From assembly GCA_013239625.1 (NCBI GenBank), contig MU053376.1:2220507-2284506 (forward strand): 64,000 bases of DNA, given 5' to 3'. This DNA comes from Lama guanicoe (Eukaryota). A model generated the notes under the pieces. It saw only the letters and a program-made list of their open reading frames with translations, was not told where the DNA came from and did not search any database. Made by a program: the position numbers and the translations under genes. Shown here piece after piece: positions 14,097 to 28,600 of this stretch (its first letter is position 1; each line of letters opens with the position of its first letter).

Positions 14097-14236
14097 TTTT
14101 TTATTGAGGTATAGTTGATTTACAATGTTGTGTCAGATTCAGCTGTGCAGCAGAGTGATTCAGTTATACAGATGTATGTATATATGTCTAAATCTATTCT
14201 TTTTCAGATTCTTTTCCATGGTTAGGTTATTACAGA
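14097..14236 (-). mobile_element. L1 3' end fragment
   Basis: ttttattgaggtatagttgatttacaatgttgtg...gtgattcagttata...ttccatggttaggttattaca. Confidence 0.8.
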
Positions 14237-14479
14237 AAAAATATTTTATTTTATCCTTACAATAGCTCTACATAGTTCTACATGAGAGGCAGGATAGAGG
14301 TTATTATTCTTATTTTACAGATGAGAAAGAGGGAACTGAAGCATGGACTTTCATGAGGTTACATAGCTGGTTAGTACTGGAATGGAACTTAAGATTCTGG
14401 ACCTCTTGCCTTGTGGTTCTTCCTTTAGCCCATCTCACACCCCAGTTATTATTCATCCATGAGATTTTTTATTTTTTAA

Positions 14480-15312
14480 CATTTTAAATCAACTGTACTT
14501 CAATTAAGCAAAGAAACAAATAAACAACCCATTTAAAATATGGGCAGAAGAATTGAACAGACATTTGTTCCAGAAGAAATGCAGATGGCCAACAGGAACA
14601 TGAAAAGTTGCTCAGCATCACTAATATCGGGGAAATGCAATCAAAATCACAAAGAGATATTATCTCACACCTGTCAGAATGGCCAGCAACAAAAAGAACA
14701 CAAATAACAAATGTTGGTAAGGATGTGGAGAAAAGGGAACACTTGTATACTGTTGGTGGGAATGTAAATTGGTGTAGCCACTATGAAAACAATATGGTGG
14801 TTTCTCAAAAACCTAAAAATAGAGCCACTGTACGGCCAGCAATTCCACTCCTGGGCATATATCTGAGAAAAACAAAAACATTAATTCAAAAAGATACACA
14901 CACCCCACTATTAACAGCAACATTATTTATAACTGCCAAGATATGGATGCATTCTAAGTGCACATCAATAGATGAATGGATACAGATGCAGCATATATAT
15001 ATGTAATGGAATGCAACTCACCCATGAAAGAGAAGGATATTTTGCCATTTGTGGCCCTTGGTTCACTTTTTTTTTCCCTTCAAAAACCGGTATTTTATAA
15101 CTGGCATAAACTTTTCCATTGCACCAAAACCCACAAAATACCTAGAAATTAACTTAACCAAGGAGGTTACTTATATTCTGAAAACTGTAAAGCATTGATG
15201 AAAGAAACTAAAGATAGTACAAAGAAATGGAAAGATAGCTTGTGCTCTTGGATTGTAAGAATCAACATTATCAAAATGGTTCTATTACCCAAAGCAATCC
15301 ACAGATCCAGTG
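14480..15312 (+). mobile_element. Degenerate L1 ORF2 fragments
   Basis: aacaacccatttaaaatatgggcagaagaattgaacagaca...gcaattccactcctgggcatatatc (PAIPLLGIY); later aaaatacctagaaattaacttaaccaaggagg. Confidence 0.88.
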
Positions 15313-17642
15313 AACATCCGTGAGACATTGATTCTGTGTCTGGTACATGCCAGGCATGCTGCGCTTCTGTGTTTGTGTTGTATATGTGCGTGTTTTCTGA
15401 GTGCAGTTTATGTAACCTCTGTGCACCGTGCACAAGCCCTTAGAGTCCTCCTGTGCCCCCTAGGCCTAACCGGTCCCTGTAATTCCAGGAGGAAGCCCCA
15501 GCTGCGGTGTCAGTTGTCTGGTTGTTCCTAGGTCCCTGGGCTGCAGCATCTCCCCAGAGCCCCAGCTGGATAGGAAGGCAGCTTTGATATCAGGGACAGA
15601 TCCTCAGGTAGTGGGCACAGAGCAGAGGGGCAAGCCAGCAATGCCTCAATAATGATAATATTGACTATTTCAAGATCATTTATTGTTTATGTGGTGTTCT
15701 CATAAACAAATCTCATTTAATTCTCACTCAGCCCTGAAATTTGACTTTATTATTTTTCTTTTTTTTTTTTTTTAGATACAGAGAGGATAAATAGCTGGTA
15801 ACTCAACTTGAGAGGGTTGAATTCAGGCCATTTGTCTCTAAATTCTGTTTTCTTTCCACTATGCCTTGCTGTCTTTGATGGGGCAAAAAGAGCTTATCCT
15901 CTTTCTAGCCTTGTGGAGAGAAGCAGGTGAAAGCTCAGCGCCAAGCAGGAGGAAGCCCCTGGGGACCCTCTGCAGAGGGGAAAGGTCAGCTCCCAGCCCT
16001 GTGCAGCCCCAGCCCAGGGACCTCCTACCAAGCTGAGATGGAGCAGCTGGTGCTTCCACTTCCCCATCTTTGCATCCTTCTCTCAGTCCTTGAGCATCTC
16101 CCGAGTGTGCCTCGGGGAGGTGATAGCAGGAAGGAAGAAGGGTGAGCTGTCTCTGTGGTCATCTTTTTACCTTTAAGGAGTCAGAGGAATGGGGAACTGT
16201 CTAACCGTATCCACACTCTAGCACAAGAGGAAGCTCCGGCTACTGCCGACAGAGGATCACTCTCTTGACGCTGTCTGCTTCTACCTGTCTGTCTTCCCGG
16301 CAGATGAACACCATCTACCACTGAAGGGCCGAGCACGGCCCAAAACCAAGGTGTACACTAAATTAACTGCTCAGGAAGAGCAAGTATTTGTGTTGGGGGA
16401 ACCGTTTTTCTGCTTGGCCTATGGAGTTGAGCTCTGGAGTTGGTCCCAGGAAGGGACTGCGCTAGGAAAGTAACTTCTATTTTTCAGGTTACCCCTCACT
16501 TCTTCCTTGCCTGGGCTTGGTCCCCAAGGGCACCTCTCCTTAGGATGTTTCCTCCTCTGCTTCTCTCTGAGCTGGGTCTCCCCAGACAAGGGGGCTCTAG
16601 AGTGTTGGGGGAACATATTAGGGGCCACTTGTGGCCATAGGTCAAGTCACATTCTCTAATTTGGCTTTATCAGTAATTAAGCTGAGGTTTTGTCTTTGCC
16701 AGTCTGGTTCCTTTGTCTTATTTCTCAAATGTTCTACTAGTCAGAGTGGGGAGGAGGACGGCAGGGATGTATTTGATGATCATACCCAAACCCCATAAGA
16801 ATGTGTATGGAGATCCTCTGGCAGCTGATATTGAGGGCCTCCCCTCATCTGGGCTATGCTTAGGTCCAGCTAGATCCTTGGTATCTTCCTCAGAGTCATG
16901 GGGCTAACCTGGATTAGAACTTGGCTTCTTCAAAACTACCCATTTCTTATGGCTGTAGGTTCAGGGGCTAACTCTTCCACGTTGGAAATCAGGGCCTATT
17001 CCCCAGACCTTCTCTTTTGGTACCTTGTCTCAGGGAATTCTCTCCACACCCTGTGTAAAGGTAGTGCTATTTTTCCCACTGGGAGAGGTGCACCAGCTTG
17101 CTCAGGCTCATACTGCCAGGCGAGGGAAAAAGCTCCTGATTCAGCCAGTCTGAATGTCAATCCATCCTCTTCCTACCCTGCATCCCTTCCTTTTTAGCTC
17201 ACTTACATGAACAAAATGTTCAAAGGTATAATGACTAAGTTGTTCATAATCATCAAATAATAAAAGAAATTTATGAGAAAAGAAGTGCAAAACTCAGAGG
17301 AAAGTGTTCAAGTTAAGAAAATAGTTCATGCTTGCCTTACCCTGTTCCTGGGATGAACGGCTTCTGTAACTTCTGCTCACTCCGAGGTCTCATCTGGCTC
17401 ATACTTACTAGTCATCCTTCTTCAAATGACACTCCCGGCTGCTGCAGCCTAAAAGAGCCAGACAATTTGAGAAAAGTGGATTTTCTATCTGATTATGCAG
17501 CTACTTTCATACGCCTCCCCCTCTCTTTACGTGGCTCTGATTAATTAAGAAATAGGATTTCTCGGTCCCCACTCCCTGTCCCCAGCCCCAGTCTCCAGCT
17601 CCCGCCCTCCACGATCCGGATGCCTCGCGTCCTCCCCTTTAA

Positions 17643-18494
<852 letters not shown>

Positions 18495-21169
18495 TGATCG
18501 CGCCGACGCTTTCCTCGGTCGGGGCCGCGGAGGAGTGGCCGCGGCGGGGCTGTGCGTCCCGCGCGCGCGAGCGGTGCCAAGTGCGCGGCAGGGGGCGGGG
18601 GGCAGCGGGAAGGTCAGGTCCCGGCGGACCACGCCGTTGAGACCGAGTTTCCGGTCACCTCCGGGTGTGAGTGGCAGGGACTTGAGAGGACTCGGGAGAA
18701 CTCTGCCATTTTGGGTTTGAGCGGCATCCAGCCGAGTTGCAACGGTCGGCTTCGGGACCACTTCTGCTAATTTCCTCCTTGTCTCAAGGAAATGATTTTC
18801 GGGGGTTGTGGTTCCCCATCCTCTCCTCCCTCCTTTCTTTCTTTCTGCGGGCACAAAAGGCCCATTACTCATTGAGCTGGTTGGTCGGTTGGTTTGAAAA
18901 AGTCGGATCTCAGAGGTTTATTTAGCCTCGCTCCTTATTTGGGAGCCGGAATGTGTGATTTCACTTCCCTGGGCCTCCCGAGCGCGGCTGTGCCGCCTTG
19001 GGGCGCGCAGGCCAGGGAGGTGCAAGGCTGGAGATTCCGCGGGACACCGCCCCCCCCACCCCGGGCGCCGGGGGAGAGATTGTTTTGATCTGAGATCAGG
19101 CCCCCTCCTACCTTCAGTGCCTGTGAAGCTCCAGATGGAAGGCCAGCAGGCTCCAGCGCGGTGTCTCCTGTTTCCATAGCTCCATTGATCATTGTAAACC
19201 GAGTCTGGAAACCACGGCTTGGCCTCGTGACGATTCCCCAAATCGTAGATGGCCACTTGAGTCCTGGACATGGGCGATTGGTGGGCAGTAGGAGAGGTCA
19301 CTTTCCTTGAGTTAGGGAAAGCTGACCTTTTTGTTTTGTTTTTTAAAGGGGGTTTGGTAGGGGGGAGAATGAGGATTTAAGTGGAACTACCTACTTTGGA
19401 AGTTAAACAGAATGGACTTGAAGGTCTGATAAGATGGATGGGTCCCCAGTGCAGTGTGAGCCAGTATTCAGTGTCACTAAAAAGGTTTTCCCCTCAGAGG
19501 GATTTGAGATCAAACCACATCTGTAAAGGTGACACATATACACCTATTTCCCGTGGGGTGTCTTAGTGATTGGAGGAGACAAATACTTCCTGTGTTATAT
19601 TTTCTCCTCCCCCTCTACCCCTAGGCTAGCTGTGTTTCAGCTATTCGTACAAAACTCAGATATGTGTTATGGGTGGAACAGTTAGAATATATAATTAGAT
19701 GAAATAAAACCCTGGTGTTGAGGGGTTGTATAAGGCAACCATGTCCAGTTTCCAGATTTTAAGGTCTCTAAAATTATTTTCTTGTTGCTTTCCTCCTCCC
19801 TTTTGGGGGAGAACTTTAGCTAGCCCCAGTGTCTTCAGGTTTCTTTGGTTTTTACTATAAGCTGTTGCTGTGGACCTCTGGTTGTTTAGTGTTGACTTTT
19901 GGAGAAGGAACATCTTGAACCCTTTAACATTTGTGCCTTAGACCATTCTTCCCATACTCATAACCGGGGGCAGGGAGGGAGCGTGGTTGTTTGACCGTGG
20001 CTCTGACCTTGGGGAGTGGAGTTGAGTGGATACTGTTTGACCACAGTTAAACTGTGCTGTTGAGGAAGTGACAGACGTTCTTACCAGGAGAGTTTTCTGT
20101 CCCCTCTGAGACACCATCTGCCTTCACCCATCCGCAGTTTGGGGACACTGGCTGCTCATTTTCTTGGATAGTTGAAATATTGTATAAAGGCTTCAGAACA
20201 AAAGCCCTCAACTTCTGCTCCCTATTCTGTTTAACAGACATGCAAAGCCACCCTCTGAAATGCCTTTGGTGGCAATTCAGATTTCCATTGTGATTAACAG
20301 GAGACAGATTTGGATGTTCTCCCCTCTTTGAATCCTTTTGAAAGGAAAGATCCAGCAGTATTTTAAATAACACTCATAGCTTGTCCTTCTCAGGTTAGAA
20401 GTGGGTGAAGATTGAAGTCAGAGTCTGTTTTGACAGGCAGCCTGCTCTCAGATATTACAAGTTGACTCAACTGTTAAATTGCAGATTTCCCACACATCTT
20501 TGTGTAAAAACTTAATAATAGAGGAAGAAAGGCAGGATGAGGCATTCAGAGACTGACAGCAGTGTCAACAGCACTTCCATATCCAAATACCGGCTAAGAC
20601 ATAATTACAGCTGTGGTGGGGGGGATCTGGTTCAAAGAATGCTGTTCCAGAGACACACACCAAAGAGACTTCCAGATCGTGAATCTTGATTAACTTAACC
20701 GTAGGCGCTGAGTAGTGAAATGATTTTCAAAACCAGGAGTGTTTTGATTATTACGCAAGGGAGGAAGATGTGACAGGATGGATGGCCCCACTGGGAAGGT
20801 GCCTGAAGAAAAAGGGAGGAGACCTCTGCTCTACACAGGGTGTTGGGCCATTCCTGGGGATTTAGGGCAGAGAGCTGCAAGGCCGCAGCAGGGCCTCTGA
20901 TGGGGGTTCTGATATCTGTTATCTCACAGCTCCCAATGCTGATGGGAGGTGGTGGCTGCCCAGATGTCCTGCTCCCTGTCTGTGGTCTGTTGACCTCTGA
21001 GTCCTCTTAAGTGAAATCAGTGCTTAAAAAGATAGTCCCAGCTCACCCCGCTGCTTCTCTGCCTTCACCTGAGAGATCTAGCATTTAGATGCTTTTTGGT
21101 GGGTGCTGTGACCTCACCTCACCATCTCTCCTGGCTGCTTTTGCTAAGTTCTGAGTCATAGTCATACTT

Positions 21170-21340
21170 CAGTTCAGAGTCAGAAGGGACTTCAGAGGTC
21201 ATCTCATCTAACCCCCTCATTTTGCAGATGAGAAAACCAAGGCCCAGAGCAAAGACTTCCTTGAGGTAATGTCACCATGCACTTGGCAGAGCCAGGACTG
21301 GAACCCAGGACGCCTGACTCTCGGTCTCAGGCCTCTTCCC
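21170..21340 (-). mobile_element. MIR SINE
   Basis: gaagggacttcagaggtcatctcatctaaccccctcattttgcagatgagaaaaccaaggcccagag. Confidence 0.75.
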
Positions 21341-22394
21341 ACTTGGTAACTGCACTGACATCAGCAGGCTTGGACCCCGGACGGGGTGCCCGCCAGAGCC
21401 CCTCAAGCCCGAGCAGCCATTCTCAGTGCACGCCCTCCGTGACTGTCGGCCCGGGGGTGCTAGCTGGATGGGTACCTACCGCCTCCCCAGCAGTGATCCC
21501 CAGAGTTGGAGAGGCAGCTTCTAACCAACTTAGCAGCCCCATGAGTTTTGAATCTGCAATAACAAGCTTTTTTACCACCCCTCCCTTTAAAAAATATTTG
21601 CTAGAAATCTTATTTATTATTATTTTTGTGCAAGAACATGAGAATTCTGTTCACTGTTTCTTCAGTAGGGATGCCTAGGTGAGGTTGAGACCCACTTGTG
21701 CAGTGATTGGTTGTATTCCCTGTGGGGTTCCTCAGCTGCTTCCTCCTTCGTTGTGTCATGGTGACTGTTAGGTATTAGCTGAACAAATTTAATTAAAGCA
21801 AGCACTGTTGTCCCTCTCTGCTGTGTGACTCTGATTAGGTGAAGCGTGTTATTGCTTTTCAAAATATAGAATGTTGTCATAACTTATCACTGTTTGTCTT
21901 TCCGTTGTATGGATTAGAGCAAAGTCCCCTGTTCCTTCTCCTTGCCTTTCTCCAGCAGTCCTCCCTCCCCAGGCGACGTAGTGTCACTGCCATGGGGCTT
22001 CCTTGGTGTTCTGAAGGGGAGCTGATCAGAACCTCTCGTGGTTGGTCTGGACATGTTAGAGGGCGAGCCAGAGCTCCCACGTCCCCCCAGCGCAGGCAGC
22101 ATCCTCCCCAGCATGCCTCATGCTGTGTACCTGTCAGGGAGCAAGAGAGCTTGGCTAGGTGAGGGGCAGTGTCCCACAGTGGGGTTTGCTGGACAGAATC
22201 ACAAGATGAGGAAAGTTTCACTGACCACACTAGCCTCTTTTATATCCACTGTGCTTACTGGTAGTTAACAGTTCACTGAGCATCCTACGATATGCTTTGT
22301 TGTATGGTGAATACAGACATTAAAAGTGGCCTTAAGATTTTGCAGATCAAGAAGCTGATTTGGAGAAGGTGAAATTAACAAACGTAATCTAGGG

Positions 22395-22610
22395 CTGCAC
22401 TGTCCAGTGTGGTAGCCAATACCCGTGCGTAGCTATTTAAATTACAATTAGCGAAAATTGATTAATTAAATTAAGCTAAGTTAAATTAAAAAACCAGTTG
22501 CTAGCCACATGTCAGGTGTTCAGTAGCTACATGTGGCTAGTGGCCACTGGATTGAACAGCAGAGAAGAACATTCTCGTCCTTGTGGAAAGTTCTTTTGGA
22601 CTTGGCTGGT
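22395..22610 (-). mobile_element. MER3-like hAT-Charlie element
   Basis: ctgcactgtccagtgtggtagcca...agctacatgtggctagtggccactggattgaacagc...gaaagttcttttggac; internal palindromic arms. Confidence 0.75.
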
Positions 22611-25600
22611 CTAGGGGTTAAATTCTGTGCTTGGGGATAGAGGAGGTTTGAAGGAGGGAAATCTGTGAGGACCGAGGGAGCCCCTGAGGAATGAGCGCAT
22701 CTGCGGGAGGTGATGGTGATGCTGCCCTGGGCAGAGCTGAAGGGAGGGCGCGGATCAGGTTGGTAAGGAGCAAGTGGGGCTGGTGGCTCAGAACTGAGCC
22801 TAACCCAGCTTTGTGTTAGAAGCAGGTTTTAAAGTGTTTGAGAAGCATGAGGTAAACTAACAGGATGTTTGTTACAAAGAAAGGTTACGAATCTCTGAGG
22901 TTGGGCTTGTGGTTTTTTGAGGGAAGGTCTAGTTTTTGGGACCCTGCCCCTCGCTTTGGGCCCTGGCCCTGGCCCTGTCTACTGCAGCAGGCTCTTGGCA
23001 GCCACTGAAGCAGGATCAAAGCTGGGTCGGCTCATGGTTCTTTTTCCCTTGTGAATTCTGGGCTTTGATAGAGCTTGAAAATAATCTCCAGCTAAGAATG
23101 TGGGATCAGTGGCTGACAGAAGAGGGGAGAAAAGCAGCCCCAGGCCTCAGGCCCAGATATTGGTGGGTGTCTGGGAAATGAAGGGGGTCCTTTGTGGAAG
23201 ATGAAGGTATTGGTATTCGTGATTAAGATGTTTCGACCTCTTGGAATCTGAGGATTTGGGCCATCAGTCGATGATTTTACTTAAGAAGCAGGTGTGGGAG
23301 ATTCAGAGCGTGGCCTGGAGGAGCCAAGCTTCAGGACTGCTGGAGGCAAACTTAATCCCTGGCCACATCCTGGATATGGGGGAAGGCCCCCCTCCTTCAT
23401 CCCCTCCAGAGCCCAGGAGTGGGGTCTGTGCCAGGAGGAATGTCAGCCCTGGCTGGGAAGGACAGGGCATTGGCATGTGAGTCCTTTCACGATTCCCAAG
23501 TGACCCTCCTGTGCTGTGATGCAGGATTCTCCCTGGTGGATTGATGTTGGTGATACAGGATTCATACTTTCCCGTCTCCCTCTCCTCTGCTTCAGGCCTT
23601 CCCAAGGGTCATGTGGGTCTCCTCCTCCCTGTGCTGCCCCTTTCCAGGTGCTTCAGTGTCCTGGACAGAAGTGGGTGGGCAGGGCAGAGCTGCTCTTTGT
23701 GTTTGAAGAGACCGCAGCTGCTCTTGGTAATAATAATTTAAGGCCTGGTGGTAAAGGGGCCCACACCTCAAGGCTCCTTAGAGCTCACAGCACTTCCTGA
23801 TCATCTTTCTTGACTCCTTCCATCTCACCGAGGAGGAAGCTGGGCTAGTCCAAAAAGGTCCAGTGGCACATCCAAGGTCTGACCTGGTTCAGCATCAGAG
23901 CCATGTCTTGGGACCTGGTTCCCTGGGACTTCCTCTTGCTCTGAGCTCCTTTGGTTTTTGGTTGCTAGAGGCAGGAGTACTGGAATTGTAGACCTGGCTG
24001 TGTAACACTGATCTCCACTAACTGGTCACTGGGATCTTTCTACCTTATAAACGGGGACATTGGTAATGAGAAGGAGCCACACCACTGAGCAGCTTGATGT
24101 ACACCAGGTATGCAACCAAATTCAGATTCTGTACCTTTCCCAGTCTTTAGGGGAACCTGATATTTTGTACTTTAAGATATTGTATGCCTGTGAATATTTA
24201 GGGATGAACCTGTTACCATGGGTAATGTGCTAGATTAGAAAGGAAGAAAAAAGATCTAGGCTTGGTGCCCTGTTAAGTAGTTGTGTGACCTTGAATAGGT
24301 CAGTAAAGTTTCCAGGCCTCAGTGCACACCCCAGAGGGTCAGGCTAGCAGTGGTTCCTTGGACGCGGCAGCGTGGATAGTGGAGGGCTGTGCTGGAGGCA
24401 GGAGGCTGAGGGCAGGCTGGATAGCGCCGACTTGCCCCACGCCTGACCGTCGGCCGCACCTGGGCCAGCGAGGATGCCCTTTAGACAGGCTTACTCTTGG
24501 GCTCCGGGGCAGCCTCTGTCCAGCTAATTAGCAGTCATCACTGACCAGCTGCTCCTTCTCTTGTGTGAAGACTTGGTAAGTGTTCCTGCTCGCGCCTCGG
24601 CAGAGAGGATGGGCTGTGTAACTCCGTGAAATGTGCATCCGTTCTTTCCCTGAAATCAGAAGACTCAGTGTAGTGGTGGCTCAGCATAGAGATGGGGATT
24701 CTTTATTTTCCCCATCTGAAACCCCTTCCCCCCCCCCTTTTTTTAAGTGAAAGCAAATTTATTTAGAGATACACATTCCATAGACAGAATTCAATCCATC
24801 TCTGGATGGAGAGCGGCCTGAAACTCCTTCCCATTTGAAGTTGTGCGGCCAGACACGGCCGCTGTGCTTGGCTGTGGAGGCTGCGTGGGCTTGCACAGGG
24901 GCACCTGGCAGAGGGAGGGAGTGAGTGTGGCTGGGTCCTTCCAAACAGGTGCCGTCTTCTGATTCACTCGAAGTTCTAGTATGGACTTGGGGCTGTTCTG
25001 AGGTAAGGGTTGGGGACTGATTCTCAGAGCTGATGGGGGAAGTGAAGATGTACGTCCAGGTAGCACTTCTTACCTGAAGGACTGGGTACAAAGAGAATGA
25101 AGAAGCAAGAGGAGAGGGAGATGCCTGGTGATGTTTGTTCTCTTTTCTCTTCTTCCTGCCCATTCACGGCTAAAGCAGTGGTTTCAGCCCTGTAGCTTTG
25201 TCCTGAGGTCCTGAGTGCCAGGCAGAAGATTTGGTTGGAGGAAGAAGAGACACAGTGGAAAGGGGGATAGAGTTGTGCTCAGCCTCTGGCAGTGTAGAGT
25301 TCTTGGGGTCTTTATTCTCTGATCCAGTAAACACCTCTGTGTGCCATCTGGCAAGTGGTAGAAGCTGGGATGTGGCTTCAAGGTCAACCTTTATCTGCAA
25401 CCGATGTTCCCTTCTGAGATCAGCCAAGCTGTGTGTTTATTCTGCTAGGAATCTGAGCTGTCCACACGGGTCAGATGATGAAAGGGCATCTTACTCTTGA
25501 GGGATGTTTCCCGGCATCTCCATGGCCGGTGTCCATCCAGGACTCTTCCCGGGAGGTGAAGAAGGGTGACTAAGGGCAGAAGCCGCAGGACCTCCATTGG

Positions 25601-28600
25601 CAGCCTTTTCTATCTCTGAGGAGACAAGAGGAACAAAGGATGCTGAGCTGTACTGTCGAGGCCTTCTCTCTGTTTGGCTCGTCTCCGTGATGGTTCTTCT
25701 TTTGAATTTGAAGCAGAGGTGAAGTCTCTCCAGTCCCAGGTGGTGGTGGGCGGGGGGCCTAAGCGGAGGCTGCCTGATGATCCCTGGCAGGTGACTGAAT
25801 TGATCACGTTGCTGCCATTTTGATTATTCGTATTATTACGAGGCTCCCAGTCCACACTGGACATTTGTGACCTGGCCTCCCGCCCAGGGCCCAGAGCTGT
25901 CACTCAGCCCCTCTGTCCCAACAGCTAAAAATAAATGTGCCACTGCTGCAGTCTCCCCTCACAGCCCGGCCCTGACGTCTGCCCAGGTCTTCCTGCCGCA
26001 CTGCTGAGCTTTCTCTCACTACACACTTGCACCCCCTCCCCATGCACCCTCCTCTCTTCCAGCCTGAGCTCGGTGGGTGGTTTGGGGCCAACTCGCTTTT
26101 CTGAGTGCTGAGAGTGAGCTGTGACTGCTGCTTCTCCAGGCGGCACGGGTTGTGTACGGAGGCTTCCTCCACGGAGCTGGGGAAGGATTAATTAGCCGGG
26201 CAGGAGGGTGAGTTAGACTTTCTGTGATGCTTGCCTCCAGCTCTGGCTCCTCCAGGCTCTACCTGCCGCAGGCCTCCCCAGCAGGAGGTGTGTGGGGATG
26301 AGTAGGAGAGCCCCGCGTGAGGCTGTTCCAGGCTCTCACCCCAGCTGCCCTGCCCCTGAGCATGCCACCTGCCCCAGGACTCCTGCCCTGTTGCTAAGCT
26401 ATACTCTCCACCTCCGCAGAGTGGGGCTTCAGGTTACCGCATTCACATGTGTGACCTCATCTCATTGGCTTGCAAGAATAACTAGACCCTGGCTCTTGGG
26501 GCCTCCTTCATGTGTGGGTCTGTGGCCCCTCTGGCCCTCCCAGCTCAGCCACCTGCAGGATGTCACAGAGAGCCTGGGTCTCTGCTACCTCCTGACTGTG
26601 GTGGGCAGGGGTATTGGTCATCTCTGTCCCTTGAGGTCCACTGAAATGGCCTCTTCTCTATTGCCCACGGGTCCTGAAGCGCTCACCATAGGACAAGGTG
26701 AGGAAGGGGGCTCAGGTGGCTGGGATACCTGCTTCACTGGTAGATACTGAGCAGAGGGTTTCCTTCGGTTTGACTTTGGCATTCTCTTCTCTCTGATTTT
26801 TCTAATCCTTGGACAGGCGTTGGTACTAACCATGGCATAGGTGGGCTCCATGTCTGTTTTCTGGGATTAGGGTTTATTTGGGAGAAGGGGTGTGTTGGAG
26901 AGAGTGATGGGAGCTGAAGTAGGACTTAGGGGACCCTCTGCCTTCAGCTAGAGTTACATTCCCAGACCATGTCTCCATGACTGCCTGCTGCTGTCTGTCC
27001 CCCGGGGCCTCATTTCCTCTGCAGGGAGAGATTTATCTGCCAGGGCCCATTGGCCCCTGGAGGGGAGGAGTTGGGTGTAAATTGCTAAGAGTTTATTTTT
27101 AACTCTGACAGGAGGAGCAACCGTCCTTGGAGTAGCCTGCCCTCCCTGTTCTCTGCCTATCCCGGGCCTCCTTGCCCGGCTTCTGTAATTCCTAGAGGAA
27201 GGCTAGTAGGAAGGCCAGCTTTACAGGAGCCTTAGGTGAGGGGAGCCTTTCTGAGTGAAGAATCTGCAGATTGCTCCTCATGCCTGATTTCTGCTGGGTT
27301 CAAAGGGTGGGAGATGGGACCAGAGGAGGAGGGGCAGCCCTGGGCGTCTGAGGCCATGCGTGTGGAGCTGAGCATCCTAGGAATGCAGGTGAACTGGTGA
27401 GGAGACCAGCGTGCTGCTTGCTGCGCTGGCCGGGGGGGAGCAAGGTCACCTTGCACCTTTCCTGCTCCTCTCCGTGCAGATGCCCGGATCTGTGGACAGC
27501 TGAAGGCCACGGCAAATGAGTGTGTAGAGTAACCTGCCTTGTAAACTCTCACGTTTACAGAAACGGCAAGTTTTGTTGTTCTGGGACTGCCAGGCTCACC
27601 AGCACCATATCCTTTCCATTGGAGCCTGTGTGGGATTCCCAGGGAATTTGTTGCCTCTGTGTCCCCTCCCCCTGGCCATGCTCCAGTCACCCATGCTCTT
27701 AGGGAGGACGAAGACGAGTGTGCCTTCGCCTGTGTTTCAACTCCTCTGATTTCATGGACTTCTTTTGGTTACCTTGCTTTAGACTTTTTAAAAAAAAAAT
27801 AAAACTTGAGTTTGAGGTGTAATTAGAGAAGGAAGGATAGAGAGTGGAGTTGGGGGCGGGATGGGCAGTTGAACACGTGGCCGACCCTGAGGTCCTCAGC
27901 CGTGGTATGAAGGTCTCGCCCCCTCAGTTCCTCGGAGAGCCCTGGGGACTAGTTTGCCTAAAGCTCGACTCTGATCCTGCAGCTTCCCAGCTGAAACCCT
28001 TGAGTGGGTTCCTTTTGTCTGCAGGATATGGGGTATTTATTTCCAGATCCTTCTCAGATCTGATCCCAATCTGTTTTCTCCTAAATGTATGCTACGTTTC
28101 AGCTTAAGTGGCTGATATATGATGTTTCCTCATAGGGCTGTGCTTCCAATCCCCACACCTTCGCCCATGGTCTGTATCTCATTTGTTCTGTGTCTTCTTT
28201 GCCATCCCCACCCCTGTCTGTATCTGTACACACTCTGCTGTCTCACGAAGCCTTTCACGCTAGAAGCGGGTCTCCCCATCCCTCCCCTCACACTTGCCAA
28301 GACACTCTTACCTTTTATTTCACATTATAAATGTATCTCTCCACTTGTGAAGTGGAGATAGTGGATTGTAAGTTCCTTGAAGACCCACAACTCCATTATC
28401 TTTGTATCCTCTTATTTCTACATAGTGACAATCTGCTGTCATAAAAAAAAATGCATAGAGTTTTCTGACATTGTGCATTATAACGAGCTGCCTCATAAAA
28501 GCATGGTAACTATGTAAGTATACGGTGTGAGCAGTGATCCTTAGCGCTGAGCAGGGTGGCCCTGGGGGAGGGACCATATGAGAGTGAGCCAGGGGATGGT

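Noticed and set aside
14608..15006. 132-aa ORF containing PAIPLLGIY
   Set aside because: Frameshifted L1 ORF2 debris, not a host gene.
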